From Candidatus Binatia bacterium (GTDB taxonomy: Bacteria; Desulfobacterota; Binatia; Bin18), in contig OY761159.2 of the NCBI GenBank assembly GCA_963664395.2, positions 1,120,001 through 1,184,000 of the forward strand: DNA of 64,000 bases. Direction: 5' to 3'. Numbering within the stretch: the first letter of the stretch is position 1; every line of letters begins with the position of its first letter. The translations under genes and the position numbers were made by a program. Positions 48,865 to 57,952 of this stretch are shown here, in pieces. Below the pieces are notes generated by a model. The model was not told where the DNA came from, made no database searches, and saw only the letters and a list, made by a program, of their open reading frames with translations.

Positions 48865-49074
48865 ATGAAAACGACGATCTCAATTCCCGATTCCATATAC
48901 ACGGATGCGGAACGCCTCGCCCAACGCCTGGAGAAATCTCGCATGCAGACTGTTCAGGCTCCCTTAGATAGTGGAGCAGAGCAAGAGGAAAAACAGCGGG
49001 CCGGTTACTTGCGCAAACCTGTTAAAAAGGGCGAGTTCGATATTTGGGAAGGTGAACAAGCCTGGGACATATAA
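48865..49074 (+). CDS. ribbon-helix-helix antitoxin (ChpI/MazE-like), possibly chimeric
   Basis: MKTTISIPD.I...AERLA.RL..SR and C-terminal GY.RKPVK.GEFD.WE.EQAW. Confidence 0.65.
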   Translation: MKTTISIPDSIYTDAERLAQRLEKSRMQTVQAPLDSGAEQEEKQRAGYLRKPVKKGEFDIWEGEQAWDI

Positions 49075-49142
49075 TGAAACGCGGGGAAAGTATCACTACT
49101 CAAGGGACATTTATACGCCTGTCAAAAAATATTACACCATGA
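49074..49142 (+). pseudogene. remnant of a PemK/MazF toxin start (MKRGE...)
   Basis: TAATG overlap with the antitoxin stop; MKRGE then unrelated sequence; its TGA overlaps the ATG of the next gene. Confidence 0.5.
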
Positions 49143-49558
49143 AAAAAATAGTTCTCATCTCATGCGGAAAAGACAAGCGCAACCAACGTGCCAAGGCCCG
49201 TAATATGTACAGAGGTAGTTTATTCAAAAAGAGCCTGAGATATGCGCAGAAGCTTAGCCCGGATAAGATATTCATATTATCGGCAAAGCACGGACTCCTG
49301 GAGCTTGATACAGAAATAGAACCTTACGATATGACCCTCAACAACATGAATACGTGCAAAAGGCGCCAGTGGGCGGACCGAGTGTTGGGGAATCTACGAG
49401 CCCGTTCGGATATTGACAATGATGATTTTGTCTTTCTTGCCGGCAGTAAGTACCGTGAATTCCTGATCTGCCATATCCGACATTCGTCTGTTCCTATGAA
49501 GGGTCTAAAACAAGGAGAGCAGTTGAGATGGCTGAATGAGCAGATCAATGAGTGGTGA
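49139..49558 (+). CDS. DUF6884-like protein
   Basis: IVLISCGK.K, A..MY.GSLFK, FILSAKHGLL, IEPYD.TL, LAG..Y, P.KGL..GEQL.WL; AT-rich. Confidence 0.78.
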   Translation: MKKIVLISCGKDKRNQRAKARNMYRGSLFKKSLRYAQKLSPDKIFILSAKHGLLELDTEIEPYDMTLNNMNTCKRRQWADRVLGNLRARSDIDNDDFVFLAGSKYREFLICHIRHSSVPMKGLKQGEQLRWLNEQINEW

Positions 49559-50147
49559 GTGTGAAAGGCTGCACAGGGAATTTTCGTTGCTGCCCAGGTT
49601 GTCCATTGGTTATCAAGAAAAGCAAGTGCCGCAGAATGGCATCTACGTCGTGTTTGAAAATGGCGAAGTCGCACATAACACTGACAGAATCGTAAGAATT
49701 GGTACACATACGGGCAAAGGCAATCTGCCAAAGAGAATCAACGAACACCTTTGTGCCCCCAATAAGGACCGCAGCATCTTCAGGAAGCATATCGGGAGGT
49801 GCATTCTTGCAAAACGAAATGATCCATTTCTGGAACAGTGGAACATCGACCTGACCCCACGCGCTAATCGTGACGAATATGCAGGAAAAATTGACTTTGA
49901 AAAACTCGAGAAAATAGAACAAGAGGTCAGCGATTACATAACACACAACCTGTCCTTTGTCGTGATCGCAGTAGAGGGAGGAAAGCAGAAAAGGCGTACC
50001 GTGGAGTCGGAAATGATTTCCGTTATAGCAGTATGTTCTGATTGTCGTCCTTCAAAAAATTGGCTGGGCCTCCATCATCCCAACCGCAAGATTCGCAGTG
50101 CCGGATTATGGAACGTGCAGGGACTACCAAGGTCCTTAAAAACCTAG
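49548..50147 (+). CDS. GIY-YIG-like nuclease
   Basis: NGIYVVF...IVRIGTH...L.KRINEH, SIFRK.IG, VESEMI, WN; overlaps the DUF6884 stop. Confidence 0.7.
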   Translation: MSGECERLHREFSLLPRLSIGYQEKQVPQNGIYVVFENGEVAHNTDRIVRIGTHTGKGNLPKRINEHLCAPNKDRSIFRKHIGRCILAKRNDPFLEQWNIDLTPRANRDEYAGKIDFEKLEKIEQEVSDYITHNLSFVVIAVEGGKQKRRTVESEMISVIAVCSDCRPSKNWLGLHHPNRKIRSAGLWNVQGLPRSLKT

Positions 50148-50298
50148 CCAGTCCGCAACAGCCAACGGGTTGCCGGCTTCATCAAGAAGAGGAAGTAGCG
50201 AAGGACTTGTCGGAGGTGACTCAACTGATCGAGAAACGGCTGGCGACCAAGCCGGATGGAGCGCTTATCGGATACCCTGCCCCATTGGTCCTGGCTCC

Positions 50299-50751
50299 CT
50301 ACAACAGATCATCTAGAATTAGGGTCTTAAACTCTTTCACTTTCCGAAAAGCGGTATCATTCGAGATAAATCCAGTCGCTTGACTGATGAGGCTCGTAGC
50401 AGCTTGCAGTGCATCGGGCGTTTGGAGATTGTATTCGGCACGCAGTCGTGCCGCACGATCTGCAACTATCAAGGTCGGTGCAACCCACTCAAGGTGCGGA
50501 TAGGTTGAGAGCAGCGCGTAGAATGTATTGACTCGGTCAAGGTCTGCGAAGCGATACGGTTGGACGAGCAGTTCCAGCATCGTAACGGTCGAGGTCACTG
50601 CTTGCGCCTGCGGTCCTTCCAGCCAAGTAAAAATGAGGTCTGTGAGTTCGCTATAGCGTGGGTTCTCTTCGAGCTGGAAGATAAAAACATTCGTATCGAG
50701 GCCAATCTTTTGATGGCGTCCGAGAAATTGTTCTAGCCTTTTTCGCTTCAC
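50299..50751 (-). CDS. vapC: PIN domain VapC toxin
   Basis: GLDTNVFI, TS.VT.LELLV.P, AARLRA.Y.L.TPDALQAAT, ISND. Confidence 0.92.
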   Translation of the reverse strand: MKRKRLEQFLGRHQKIGLDTNVFIFQLEENPRYSELTDLIFTWLEGPQAQAVTSTVTMLELLVQPYRFADLDRVNTFYALLSTYPHLEWVAPTLIVADRAARLRAEYNLQTPDALQAATSLISQATGFISNDTAFRKVKEFKTLILDDLL

Positions 50752-50975
50752 TGCCAACTGTCTCGTTCGGTTGAAAGATAATCCTTCGGATAGAGGTCTT
50801 TCCCTATTCCGGCAATGGCCTTGGCATACTTCTTTGGCTTGGGGAGCAGGACAACCGTCTCGCCTCGCACGACAACGAGCAGCCGGTCGCCAGCCTTCAC
50901 TCCGAGCGTTTCCCGCGCCTCACGCGGAACAACGATTTGGTTCTTCGTGGAAAGTTTTACTTCGTTCATAGTCAT
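50748..50975 (-). CDS. vapB: AbrB/MazE-type antitoxin
   Basis: KLSTKNQIVVPREARE.LGVKAGDRL; overlaps vapC start (GTGA). Confidence 0.9.
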   Translation of the reverse strand: MTMNEVKLSTKNQIVVPREARETLGVKAGDRLLVVVRGETVVLLPKPKKYAKAIAGIGKDLYPKDYLSTERDSWQ

Positions 50976-50981
50976 TCTATA

Positions 50982-51006
50982 CTTTACTTTTATAATAAAA
51001 GTAAAG
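50982..51006. promoter_or_regulatory. operator palindrome of the vapBC operon
   Basis: CTTTACTTTTA-TAA-TAAAAGTAAAG, perfect 11-bp inverted repeat just upstream of vapB. Confidence 0.7.
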
Positions 51007-51059
51007 GTTTTAAATCTTGCGTTGTCGAGTTCGTCATGACAACCGGAAGGCCGATATCC

Positions 51060-51464
51060 CTACGACACTCCAGCCTCCCCTGCGGGATGACGGAGATCAA
51101 GGCTCAAATCTAATCGATCATACGGAACGACCGGGGCGCGGGCATTGCCGTGAGCTGTGCTTGCCCGGAATTCGACGAGGCCGACTTGACGCAGGTATTC
51201 AATATCTCCACTCACATTCTTTACCTCTCGCCCAAGGAGCGAGGCTAATGCTCGAACCGACTGCGGGTGTTTCTCGGCCACTACCCACAGAAGGGTGAGA
51301 CGTTTTGGCGTCAGGCATTTCCGGAAGGTTTCGATATCAACGAAGAAGAGAGACTCCTCTGCCGGCAGAGTGGATTTCTCTTCTGCTCGTCGAAAGACAG
51401 ACTGCAATTCTTTTTTATTCTCTTCCCAGCTTTTGATCCCGACCTTCACACGTTTGACTTTCAT
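51060..51464 (-). CDS. HVO_A0114-like wHTH antitoxin/regulator
   Basis: F..CLTPKRL.LL, PQSVRALA..LGR..KNV..D...L..VGLVE, P.VPYD. Confidence 0.8.
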   Translation of the reverse strand: MKVKRVKVGIKSWEENKKELQSVFRRAEEKSTLPAEESLFFVDIETFRKCLTPKRLTLLWVVAEKHPQSVRALASLLGREVKNVSGDIEYLRQVGLVEFRASTAHGNARAPVVPYDRLDLSLDLRHPAGEAGVS

Positions 51465-51757
51465 AATTCACCTCGGAGAACGGCTTCTACATCCCTGACA
51501 AAAGTATTCCATAATTGTTCAGGACTCGTAAAATGATACAGTTCCTCTTTCCCACGGATGTGGCGGTGATGTGGTTTGCCCGGATGAATATCGTATAAGA
51601 TGATGATTTCTCGTGTCCGGGGATTTCCAAGATAGCAGCGATATCGAACGCCTTCAGGATAATCTGGACTCTCGGGGACAATCCGAATATCAACTTCCAG
51701 CAAAAGATCCTCTCGAAGTTGGATTTTACGGTGAAAAGGTCCGCCTGAAAGATTCAT
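51461..51757 (-). CDS. DUF6516 (TumE-like) toxin
   Basis: VP.S..YPEGVRY, YD.H.GK.HH.H..G.E..Y.F.S.E.L...F. Confidence 0.78.
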   Translation of the reverse strand: MNLSGGPFHRKIQLREDLLLEVDIRIVPESPDYPEGVRYRCYLGNPRTREIIILYDIHPGKPHHRHIRGKEELYHFTSPEQLWNTFVRDVEAVLRGEL

Positions 51758-51786
51758 ATTTTGTAGGCACCGTACACCTACAAAAT
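51758..51786. promoter_or_regulatory. operator palindrome abutting the DUF6516 start codon
   Basis: ATTTTGTAGG-9nt-CCTACAAAAT, perfect 10-bp inverted repeat. Confidence 0.68.
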
Positions 51787-51805
51787 TGGCCTATCAAGCA
51801 AGTCA

Positions 51806-52237
51806 CTACGGCCCGCTCGTCACATAGGTGGCGAGGTTGACCGGGCCGAGCGGAGCGGCCAGAGCGGCCAGGCGGGTCATTTCTTGGCGAAAGCGTGGGC
51901 CGTGGTGCACGTTGGTCGCTACATGGGCCATTTCATGCAGCAGAATGCCTTCTGCCTTGGGGAAGGGAAAAGCTTCCAACAAAATACGGTGTCTCTTTTT
52001 ATCGCAGTAGCCGGCTATGTATTTACTCATTGCGGCAGGTACTCCGGGCACGATGAGCGGGTCGTGGAGCGTGATGCGGTACGGTGGGAGCGCATTGGCG
52101 AAGTACTGTCGGTTGAACTGTTCGAAGTGGTGCTGGTACTGCTTCTCCCACTCGGCGAGTTGGGTGGCGGTGGCTGGGCGAGACTTACGATCTTTCCAGG
52201 TGGAAAAGGTGGAGAGGGTGGATATTTTGGCTCCCAT
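51806..52237 (-). CDS. SprT-like zinc metalloprotease domain protein
   Basis: FNRQYF...LP, LLHEMAH...HGPRF. Confidence 0.75.
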   Translation of the reverse strand: MGAKISTLSTFSTWKDRKSRPATATQLAEWEKQYQHHFEQFNRQYFANALPPYRITLHDPLIVPGVPAAMSKYIAGYCDKKRHRILLEAFPFPKAEGILLHEMAHVATNVHHGPRFRQEMTRLAALAAPLGPVNLATYVTSGP

Positions 52238-52291
52238 GTATGCTTTCCCCGTCTTGGTCTGTGATTGTATACAGGGGGGAGAAGAGCCCTC

Positions 52292-52314
52292 TCCCTCTCC
52301 CGCTGGGAGAGGGA
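52292..52314. repeat. CCCTCTCCC/GGGAGAGGG palindromic element after hpnH
   Basis: TCCCTCTCCC-GCT-GGGAGAGGGA; a degenerate relative lies near 36590-36607. Confidence 0.6.
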
Positions 52315-52337
52315 AACGAGATGAGGATGGGAAGGGT

Positions 52338-53336
52338 TTACGCCGCCAGCATCCACTTGGCCATGCGGAGCATATCCTGAGGGCTCTCGGGCAGTTTGCG
52401 CATAACGGAGGCTTCAAAGCCGGAGTGCATGAGACAGTTCTGACACAAGGCGTCTTCGCGTTTTTCCCAGTAGTCCCAATCCACGCCGTTCCAGAACTCG
52501 TCCCATGTTTTGAAGTATTTCTTGCCGATTAAATAGCATGGGTCTTTCCAGCCAAAGGGCGTCCGGGTGACATTACCCCATGGGGTACAAGGATAATCGC
52601 GCTCGCCGGCCGCAAATTCGAGAAAAAGTGGGGTGAGCGAGATTTTATAGCGCTCGGACAGTTCCAGGACACGTTTGAACTTTTGGTGAATCTCGTCCCG
52701 AAACATGAAATGCTTGGCCTCAAGCGCTTCGTAATGATAGCCGGGCGAGATCATGATGCCGTCCACGCCGAGTCCGGTCAGCAGCTCACACATCTCTTCG
52801 ATCTCTTCCATGCTGGTTTCGCGGAACACCGTAGTGTTGGTGCACATGGAGTAGCCGAGCTGTTTGCCGAGCTTGATCATTTCAATGGCTTTATCAAACA
52901 CGCCTGGCTTGTCGCATACAAAGTCATGCGTGTCACGGAGCCCATCGAGATGGACGTTGATGGACAGGCGCTTATGCGGCTTACCCTTTTCGTAAAACCG
53001 TTCCAGCAAGATCCCGTTGGTACACAGGTAGATGTGCCGCTTCCGGTCAATAATGCCACTAACCAACTCCGGCAGCTCTGGATAAACGGTCGGTTCTCCA
53101 CCGCAAATTGACACAACCGGCACACCGGACTGATCCACCGCTTCAAAGCATTGATCCAAAGAGAGCCGATCTTTGAGCTCGCCTTGGTGCCGCTCCGGCG
53201 TACAGCCCACACAGGCCAGATTACAGGTGTATAACGGCTCAAGCATGAGCACGACCGGGTAACGAGACTGGCCTTGCAGCTTGTTCTTGAGCTGCCACTT
53301 CACCATGTCGGTAGTAATATGTAATGGAAACCGCAT
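52338..53336 (-). CDS. hpnH: adenosyl-hopene transferase, radical SAM
   Basis: YPVVLMLEPL..CNLACVGC, GGEP, HLDGL, SPGY.YE, CTPWG, PCYL, CQNCLMHSGFEAS. Confidence 0.88.
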   Translation of the reverse strand: MRFPLHITTDMVKWQLKNKLQGQSRYPVVLMLEPLYTCNLACVGCTPERHQGELKDRLSLDQCFEAVDQSGVPVVSICGGEPTVYPELPELVSGIIDRKRHIYLCTNGILLERFYEKGKPHKRLSINVHLDGLRDTHDFVCDKPGVFDKAIEMIKLGKQLGYSMCTNTTVFRETSMEEIEEMCELLTGLGVDGIMISPGYHYEALEAKHFMFRDEIHQKFKRVLELSERYKISLTPLFLEFAAGERDYPCTPWGNVTRTPFGWKDPCYLIGKKYFKTWDEFWNGVDWDYWEKREDALCQNCLMHSGFEASVMRKLPESPQDMLRMAKWMLAA

Positions 53337-53371
53337 ACTCTTCCTCTCTACCGCTCAGACCCGGTATCTTA

Positions 53372-53391
53372 CTGTCTGACCGGTCAGTCAG
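53372..53391. promoter_or_regulatory. TetR-like operator palindrome upstream of hpnH
   Basis: CTGTCTGACCGGTCAGTCAG with perfect core CTGACCGGTCAG. Confidence 0.5.
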
Positions 53392-53490
53392 GGAATACTA
53401 CCGACCCGTAGAAAAGCCCGCAAGGGGGAGAGTCAGAATACTGGCAGTTTGGTGCTTTACAATTTTTCGGACCTTGGTCACAATATATAT

Positions 53491-53826
53491 ATGGTAAAGA
53501 AGAAGGCAGTTGGGAGAGGAAGTGGAAGTGGGGGGAGAAAAGAGAATGCCACACTCGGGGCGCTCAAAGACGTAGCCACACAGCTGGGCATCCGGGTCCG
53601 AGAGGAAAAGCTGCTGCGTGAAGGTGGGTATCGCGTGCGGGGTGGAGGCTGTCGCGTGCACGATCAAGACATCGTCTTCCTCGACCGAGACCGCCCAGTG
53701 ACCGAACGGATTGACATCCTGCTTGATGAGCTCTCGCACCGTGAGGTTGATACGCAGGCGCTCTCGCCATCAGTTCGGCGTCTCTTCACAAGAGCGCCGG
53801 GAATAGAAGGAGACCCTCCATCATGA
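53491..53826 (+). CDS. hypothetical protein, co-transcribed with fur
   Basis: LGIRVREEKL...GGGCRV.DQ..VFLDR pattern; ATGA overlap with fur. Confidence 0.65.
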   Translation: MVKKKAVGRGSGSGGRKENATLGALKDVATQLGIRVREEKLLREGGYRVRGGGCRVHDQDIVFLDRDRPVTERIDILLDELSHREVDTQALSPSVRRLFTRAPGIEGDPPS

Positions 53827-54287
53827 GTGACCGGCTGGACACCTTTCGGCTCTGGATCAAAGCGCAGGGGCTCAAGGCCACCGCGCAACGAGAAGACATC
53901 GCCCAAGTCTTTTTCTCGACAACCCGTCACCTGAGTGTGGAAGAACTCTATGGAGAAGTACGCCAGATCAATCCGCGGGTGGGCTATGCCACCGTCTACC
54001 GGACCCTCAAACTACTCAAAGAATGCGGACTCGCTGAAGAGCGCCACTTTGCCGATGGACAGGCCCGCTTTGAGAACATTGAAGCCGAACGGCATCATGA
54101 TCATCTGATCTGTGAACGGTGCGGGCGCATTATCGAATTCGTCCAGCCGCGTATTGAAGAGCTTCAAGAAGAACTCGCTCAGCGCTACGGCTTTGTGGCG
54201 ACCACGCACAAGATGGAGATCTACGGTATCTGCAAAGAATGCCGAGAAAATCCCGACCTGCGCCAGGGGCGACTCTTGAACGGCTAA
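53823..54287 (+). CDS. fur: Fur family transcriptional regulator
   Basis: GLK.T.QRE.I, HLSVEELY, ATVYRTL, HHDHLICERCG, G.CKEC. Confidence 0.93.
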   Translation: MSDRLDTFRLWIKAQGLKATAQREDIAQVFFSTTRHLSVEELYGEVRQINPRVGYATVYRTLKLLKECGLAEERHFADGQARFENIEAERHHDHLICERCGRIIEFVQPRIEELQEELAQRYGFVATTHKMEIYGICKECRENPDLRQGRLLNG

Positions 54288-55063
54288 GCCTCAAGCCGAA
54301 ATAAGCGGGCGGTATTGTGCCACGTGGCCTGAGCCACCTCTTCAAGCGGCACTGCTTTTATTTGTGCAATCGTTGCTGCCACCCGGGAGACATACGCCGG
54401 TTCGTTCCGCTGGCCGCGGTATGGGATAGGAGCCAAATACGGGCAATCTGTCTCGATGAGCAGGCGGTCCATTGGCACGCCGGGAACGACAGCGCGCAGC
54501 TCCTGCGCATTCTTAAACGTCACAATCCCACTAAACGAAATAGACAAACCAAGCGCAAGCAGGGCCTGGGCTTCCGGCACAGTGCCCGTAAAGCAGTGCA
54601 GCACGCCTCGGACTCGACCGCCACCCTCGTGGCGAAGTATATCAGCGGCTTCAGCATAGGCCTCACGGACGTGCATGGAGAGCGGCAGGGCGAGTTCGAG
54701 CGCGAGTTGGATAAAGGCTCGAAAATGCCTCCGTTGCGCTTCTCGTGGGGAATACTCGTAGTAAAAATCCAACCCGGTTTCACCTAAACCGACGACCTTC
54801 GGCTCCTGCGCTAATTGTCGCAGTTGGTCATAGGTCTCCGGGGTAATGGTTTTTGCATTATGTGGGTGTACGCCAACCGTGGCAAAGATATCGGGATGCT
54901 CCCGCGCCAAGGCGACGGCTTTTTCATTGTGCCAAAACTCTCCCGTGGCTCCAATCGTGATAAAGCGCGCAATGCCGGCTTCACGCGCCCGGGCGAGTAT
55001 AGTGTCCCGGTCCTCATTAAATTGCGTGTCCGTCAGATGGCAGTGTGAGTCGGCGAAGTGCAT
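54284..55063 (-). CDS. tatD: TatD family nuclease
   Basis: DSHCHL, GVHPH, GETGLD, HCFTG, ETDCPYLAP, NEP. Confidence 0.95.
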   Translation of the reverse strand: MHFADSHCHLTDTQFNEDRDTILARAREAGIARFITIGATGEFWHNEKAVALAREHPDIFATVGVHPHNAKTITPETYDQLRQLAQEPKVVGLGETGLDFYYEYSPREAQRRHFRAFIQLALELALPLSMHVREAYAEAADILRHEGGGRVRGVLHCFTGTVPEAQALLALGLSISFSGIVTFKNAQELRAVVPGVPMDRLLIETDCPYLAPIPYRGQRNEPAYVSRVAATIAQIKAVPLEEVAQATWHNTARLFRLEA

Positions 55064-55081
55064 GCAGAGATTCCTACCACT

Positions 55082-56845
55082 CTAGTGTGCAGCCGCCTCT
55101 GCCTCTTTCTCCGGGACATCTTCGTCCAACTTGACAAACAGGGGCTTGGGTTGCCTGAGCGCTTGGCCCGGGGTAAGCGTACCCGGCTCCCACTTGCCGC
55201 TGGCTTCGCTGTTATCGTGGCGGAGGACCACATGTTCGCCTCGTTCGTCTTTGACTGTCTCGGTATACTGCCGTCCAAAAAGCTGACCGTCATAGCCCAA
55301 GAACTCGTGGAGCTGCTGGCTGGTGTGGGGCAATATGGGTGCCCAGAGAATCTTCAACCAGTCAATGGCTTGCAACGCCGTATGGACCGAAGTCGCCGCT
55401 TGGTGCGGGTCGGTCTTAATCGTACTCCAGGGGGCCGCGTCGTGCAGATACTGGTTCACCCGTTGGCTCAGCCGCCGGGCTTCATGCATAGCCGCTTTCA
55501 GCTTGACGCTTTCGTATAAATCCCCCACGCTTTGGAAGCCAGCTTTGACTTCGTCAAGCAAACCCTGATCTTTTTCACTCAACGGCCCCGGTTCAGGAAC
55601 GACCCCATTCCAACGTTTATAGGCAAAGCCTAACACCCGGTTGACCAAATTGCCCCAATTCGCCACGAGTTCGTTGTTCACGCGTTCAACAAAATCGTCC
55701 CACGTAAAGTCAACATCGTTCGTTTCCGGCGCGATGGCGGTGAGCGCGTAGCGCCAGGCATCCGCCTGGTAGCGTTCGAGGACGTCCAGGATGCCAATAA
55801 TACGGCCCTGGCTTTTGCTGAACTTCCGGCCGTACATGTTAAGGTATTCGTTCGCCGGGACATCATAGGGCAGATTCAGGCTTTGGTGGGCAATGAGCAT
55901 CGCCGGCCACATCATGGCATGAAAGGGGATATTGTCCTTCCCGATAAAGTTATAGATACGGGCGTGCGGGTTGGTAGTGGCGTCCCACCACTGACGCCAT
56001 TGTTCAGCATCGTTATTGAGGTGTGCCCACTCCCGGGCAGCACTCAGATAGCCGATGACGGCGTCATACCAGACATAGATACATTTCCCTTCCGTCTTCG
56101 GCAGCGGAATTGATACGCCCCACTCCATGTCACGGGTAATCGGGCGGCCACGTAACACCGTCTGTTCCACCTGGGTCCGCGCAAAATGGATAACATTCGG
56201 ACGCCAGTGCGTTTTGCCGTCTCGCAGCCAGGACAGCAGCGGTTCCTGAAGTTTCGACAAGTCCAGGAAATAGTGCTCGGTCTCACGGACTTCGAGTGCG
56301 GTGCTCCCGGTAATCCGTGAGCGGGGGTTTTTGAGCTCAATAGCTTCGTAGGTGCGCCCACACTGATCACACTGATCCCCGCGTGCTTCGTCAGAGTCAC
56401 AAAACGGGCAGTTGCCCTCAACATAGCGATCGGGCAAAAAACGCTGCGCGGTGGCGTCATACAATTGCTGCTGGCTGTCCTGATAGATATAGCCGCCCTC
56501 AAGATGGGTGCGAAAAAGATCCTGCGTCACCTCCCAGTGGTTTTGCGTATCCGTATGCGTGAAAAGGTCGAACGTCAGACCCAGTTTGAGGTAGCTGTCA
56601 ATAAACGTGGCGTGGAATCGATCAACAATTTCAGCCGGGCTGACCCCCTCAGCCTCAGCCCGGACCGTAATAGGCGTGCCGTGCGTGTCGGAGCCACTGA
56701 CCATCAGGACATGATTCCCGCGCAGACGCTGGAAGCGGGCAAAAATATCGGGCGGGAGATAGGCACCGGCAATATGGCCAATGTGTTGTTCGCCATTCGC
56801 GTACGGCCAGGCGACTCCGACAAGTATATGCTGTGGTTGATCCAT
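55082..56845 (-). CDS. metG: methionine--tRNA ligase (no C-terminal dimerisation domain)
   Basis: AWPYANG..HIGH, GSDTHG, Zn knuckle [27 protein letters not shown]. Confidence 0.95.
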   Translation of the reverse strand: MDQPQHILVGVAWPYANGEQHIGHIAGAYLPPDIFARFQRLRGNHVLMVSGSDTHGTPITVRAEAEGVSPAEIVDRFHATFIDSYLKLGLTFDLFTHTDTQNHWEVTQDLFRTHLEGGYIYQDSQQQLYDATAQRFLPDRYVEGNCPFCDSDEARGDQCDQCGRTYEAIELKNPRSRITGSTALEVRETEHYFLDLSKLQEPLLSWLRDGKTHWRPNVIHFARTQVEQTVLRGRPITRDMEWGVSIPLPKTEGKCIYVWYDAVIGYLSAAREWAHLNNDAEQWRQWWDATTNPHARIYNFIGKDNIPFHAMMWPAMLIAHQSLNLPYDVPANEYLNMYGRKFSKSQGRIIGILDVLERYQADAWRYALTAIAPETNDVDFTWDDFVERVNNELVANWGNLVNRVLGFAYKRWNGVVPEPGPLSEKDQGLLDEVKAGFQSVGDLYESVKLKAAMHEARRLSQRVNQYLHDAAPWSTIKTDPHQAATSVHTALQAIDWLKILWAPILPHTSQQLHEFLGYDGQLFGRQYTETVKDERGEHVVLRHDNSEASGKWEPGTLTPGQALRQPKPLFVKLDEDVPEKEAEAAAH

Positions 56846-56911
56846 AGTATGTCTCTCCGAACTGTCTCCTCGCATCTCTCTTCCCTTCATTCCTAGCGGG
56901 CGGGCGCCGCC

Positions 56912-57931
56912 TCAGCAAGTTCCGGCAAGTTCCAGCAGCATATCTTCCACTGCGAGTCGAGGATTTGCGTTCCGGCCCAACGCCTGAATCGTATCGTGGA
57001 CGACGTTGAGATCGTGTAAGGCCCGGGAGACGCTCACCGTCGTCCGGGCCAGGGTCGGCAGGCAGTCCTGATAGCGCACGACCGCCGCATTGCCGAGCAA
57101 GAGATAGCGCAGGGCCTCTTCATACCAGGCGAGGACGAGTTCCAGGCGTGCCCCCCTCTCCAGTGCCTCTGGCGTCTCGGCTTTCTTCTTTGTCTTGGAG
57201 CTCCGGTCGGCCACCAGCCATTCAGCCAGTTGGGACAAGGTTGAAAAAGAAGCGCCGTGTACAGTAGAGAGATGCTCGACAACCTGCCGGCGCTCCTCAA
57301 TCAGTATCTGTGGGTCAAGACTGAGGGCGCGACCAATACTCCCACGACTATAGCGGGCGAGCAGACTCGCCGTGTCAGCCTCCAGACCGGCCTCCTGCCT
57401 CAGGATGAGTGCAACGTCCTGGACCGGCAAGGGCGCAAAGCGCACGTGTTGGCAGCGCGACAACAGGGGCAGCGAAAGCGTTGCCCCGCTCACGGCAAGC
57501 AGCAGGACAATCGCATCGCCGGGCGGTTCTTCAAGAACCTTCAGCAAGGCACTCTGCGCCTGGGCTGTCAGGGTATGCGCCGCATTGAGGATGCAGATTT
57601 TCTTGCCGCCGCGAACGGGTCGCAGAGCTAAAAACCGCTGCATCGCACGAATCTGATCAATACCCATGCTCTGCTTGCCGGGGGGAGGCGCAGTAAAATG
57701 ATAGTCTGGATGAGAACCCGCCTGCACAGACGCGCAGGCAGGGCAAGAGCCACACCCGTGCTGAGGGGCCTCCTGGCACAACAACGCGTGAGCCAAGGCA
57801 ATGGCGGTACAGCGCTTGCCGATGCCATCCGGTCCTGTAAAGACATAGGCATGGGCAACCCGGTCATTGGCCAACGCATTGCGGAGTATGGCAAGCGCTG
57901 CCGCCTGACCCTGTATCTGATCCAACAGCAT
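56912..57931 (-). CDS. holB: DNA polymerase III delta' subunit
   Basis: HAYVF.GPDGIGK, CG.C..C, HPD, IDQIR, ALLKVLEEPP, SRC; tmk-holB-metG-tatD synteny. Confidence 0.93.
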   Translation of the reverse strand: MLLDQIQGQAAALAILRNALANDRVAHAYVFTGPDGIGKRCTAIALAHALLCQEAPQHGCGSCPACASVQAGSHPDYHFTAPPPGKQSMGIDQIRAMQRFLALRPVRGGKKICILNAAHTLTAQAQSALLKVLEEPPGDAIVLLLAVSGATLSLPLLSRCQHVRFAPLPVQDVALILRQEAGLEADTASLLARYSRGSIGRALSLDPQILIEERRQVVEHLSTVHGASFSTLSQLAEWLVADRSSKTKKKAETPEALERGARLELVLAWYEEALRYLLLGNAAVVRYQDCLPTLARTTVSVSRALHDLNVVHDTIQALGRNANPRLAVEDMLLELAGTC

Positions 57932-57952
57932 GGTTTTCCCTACGGTCTGTCC

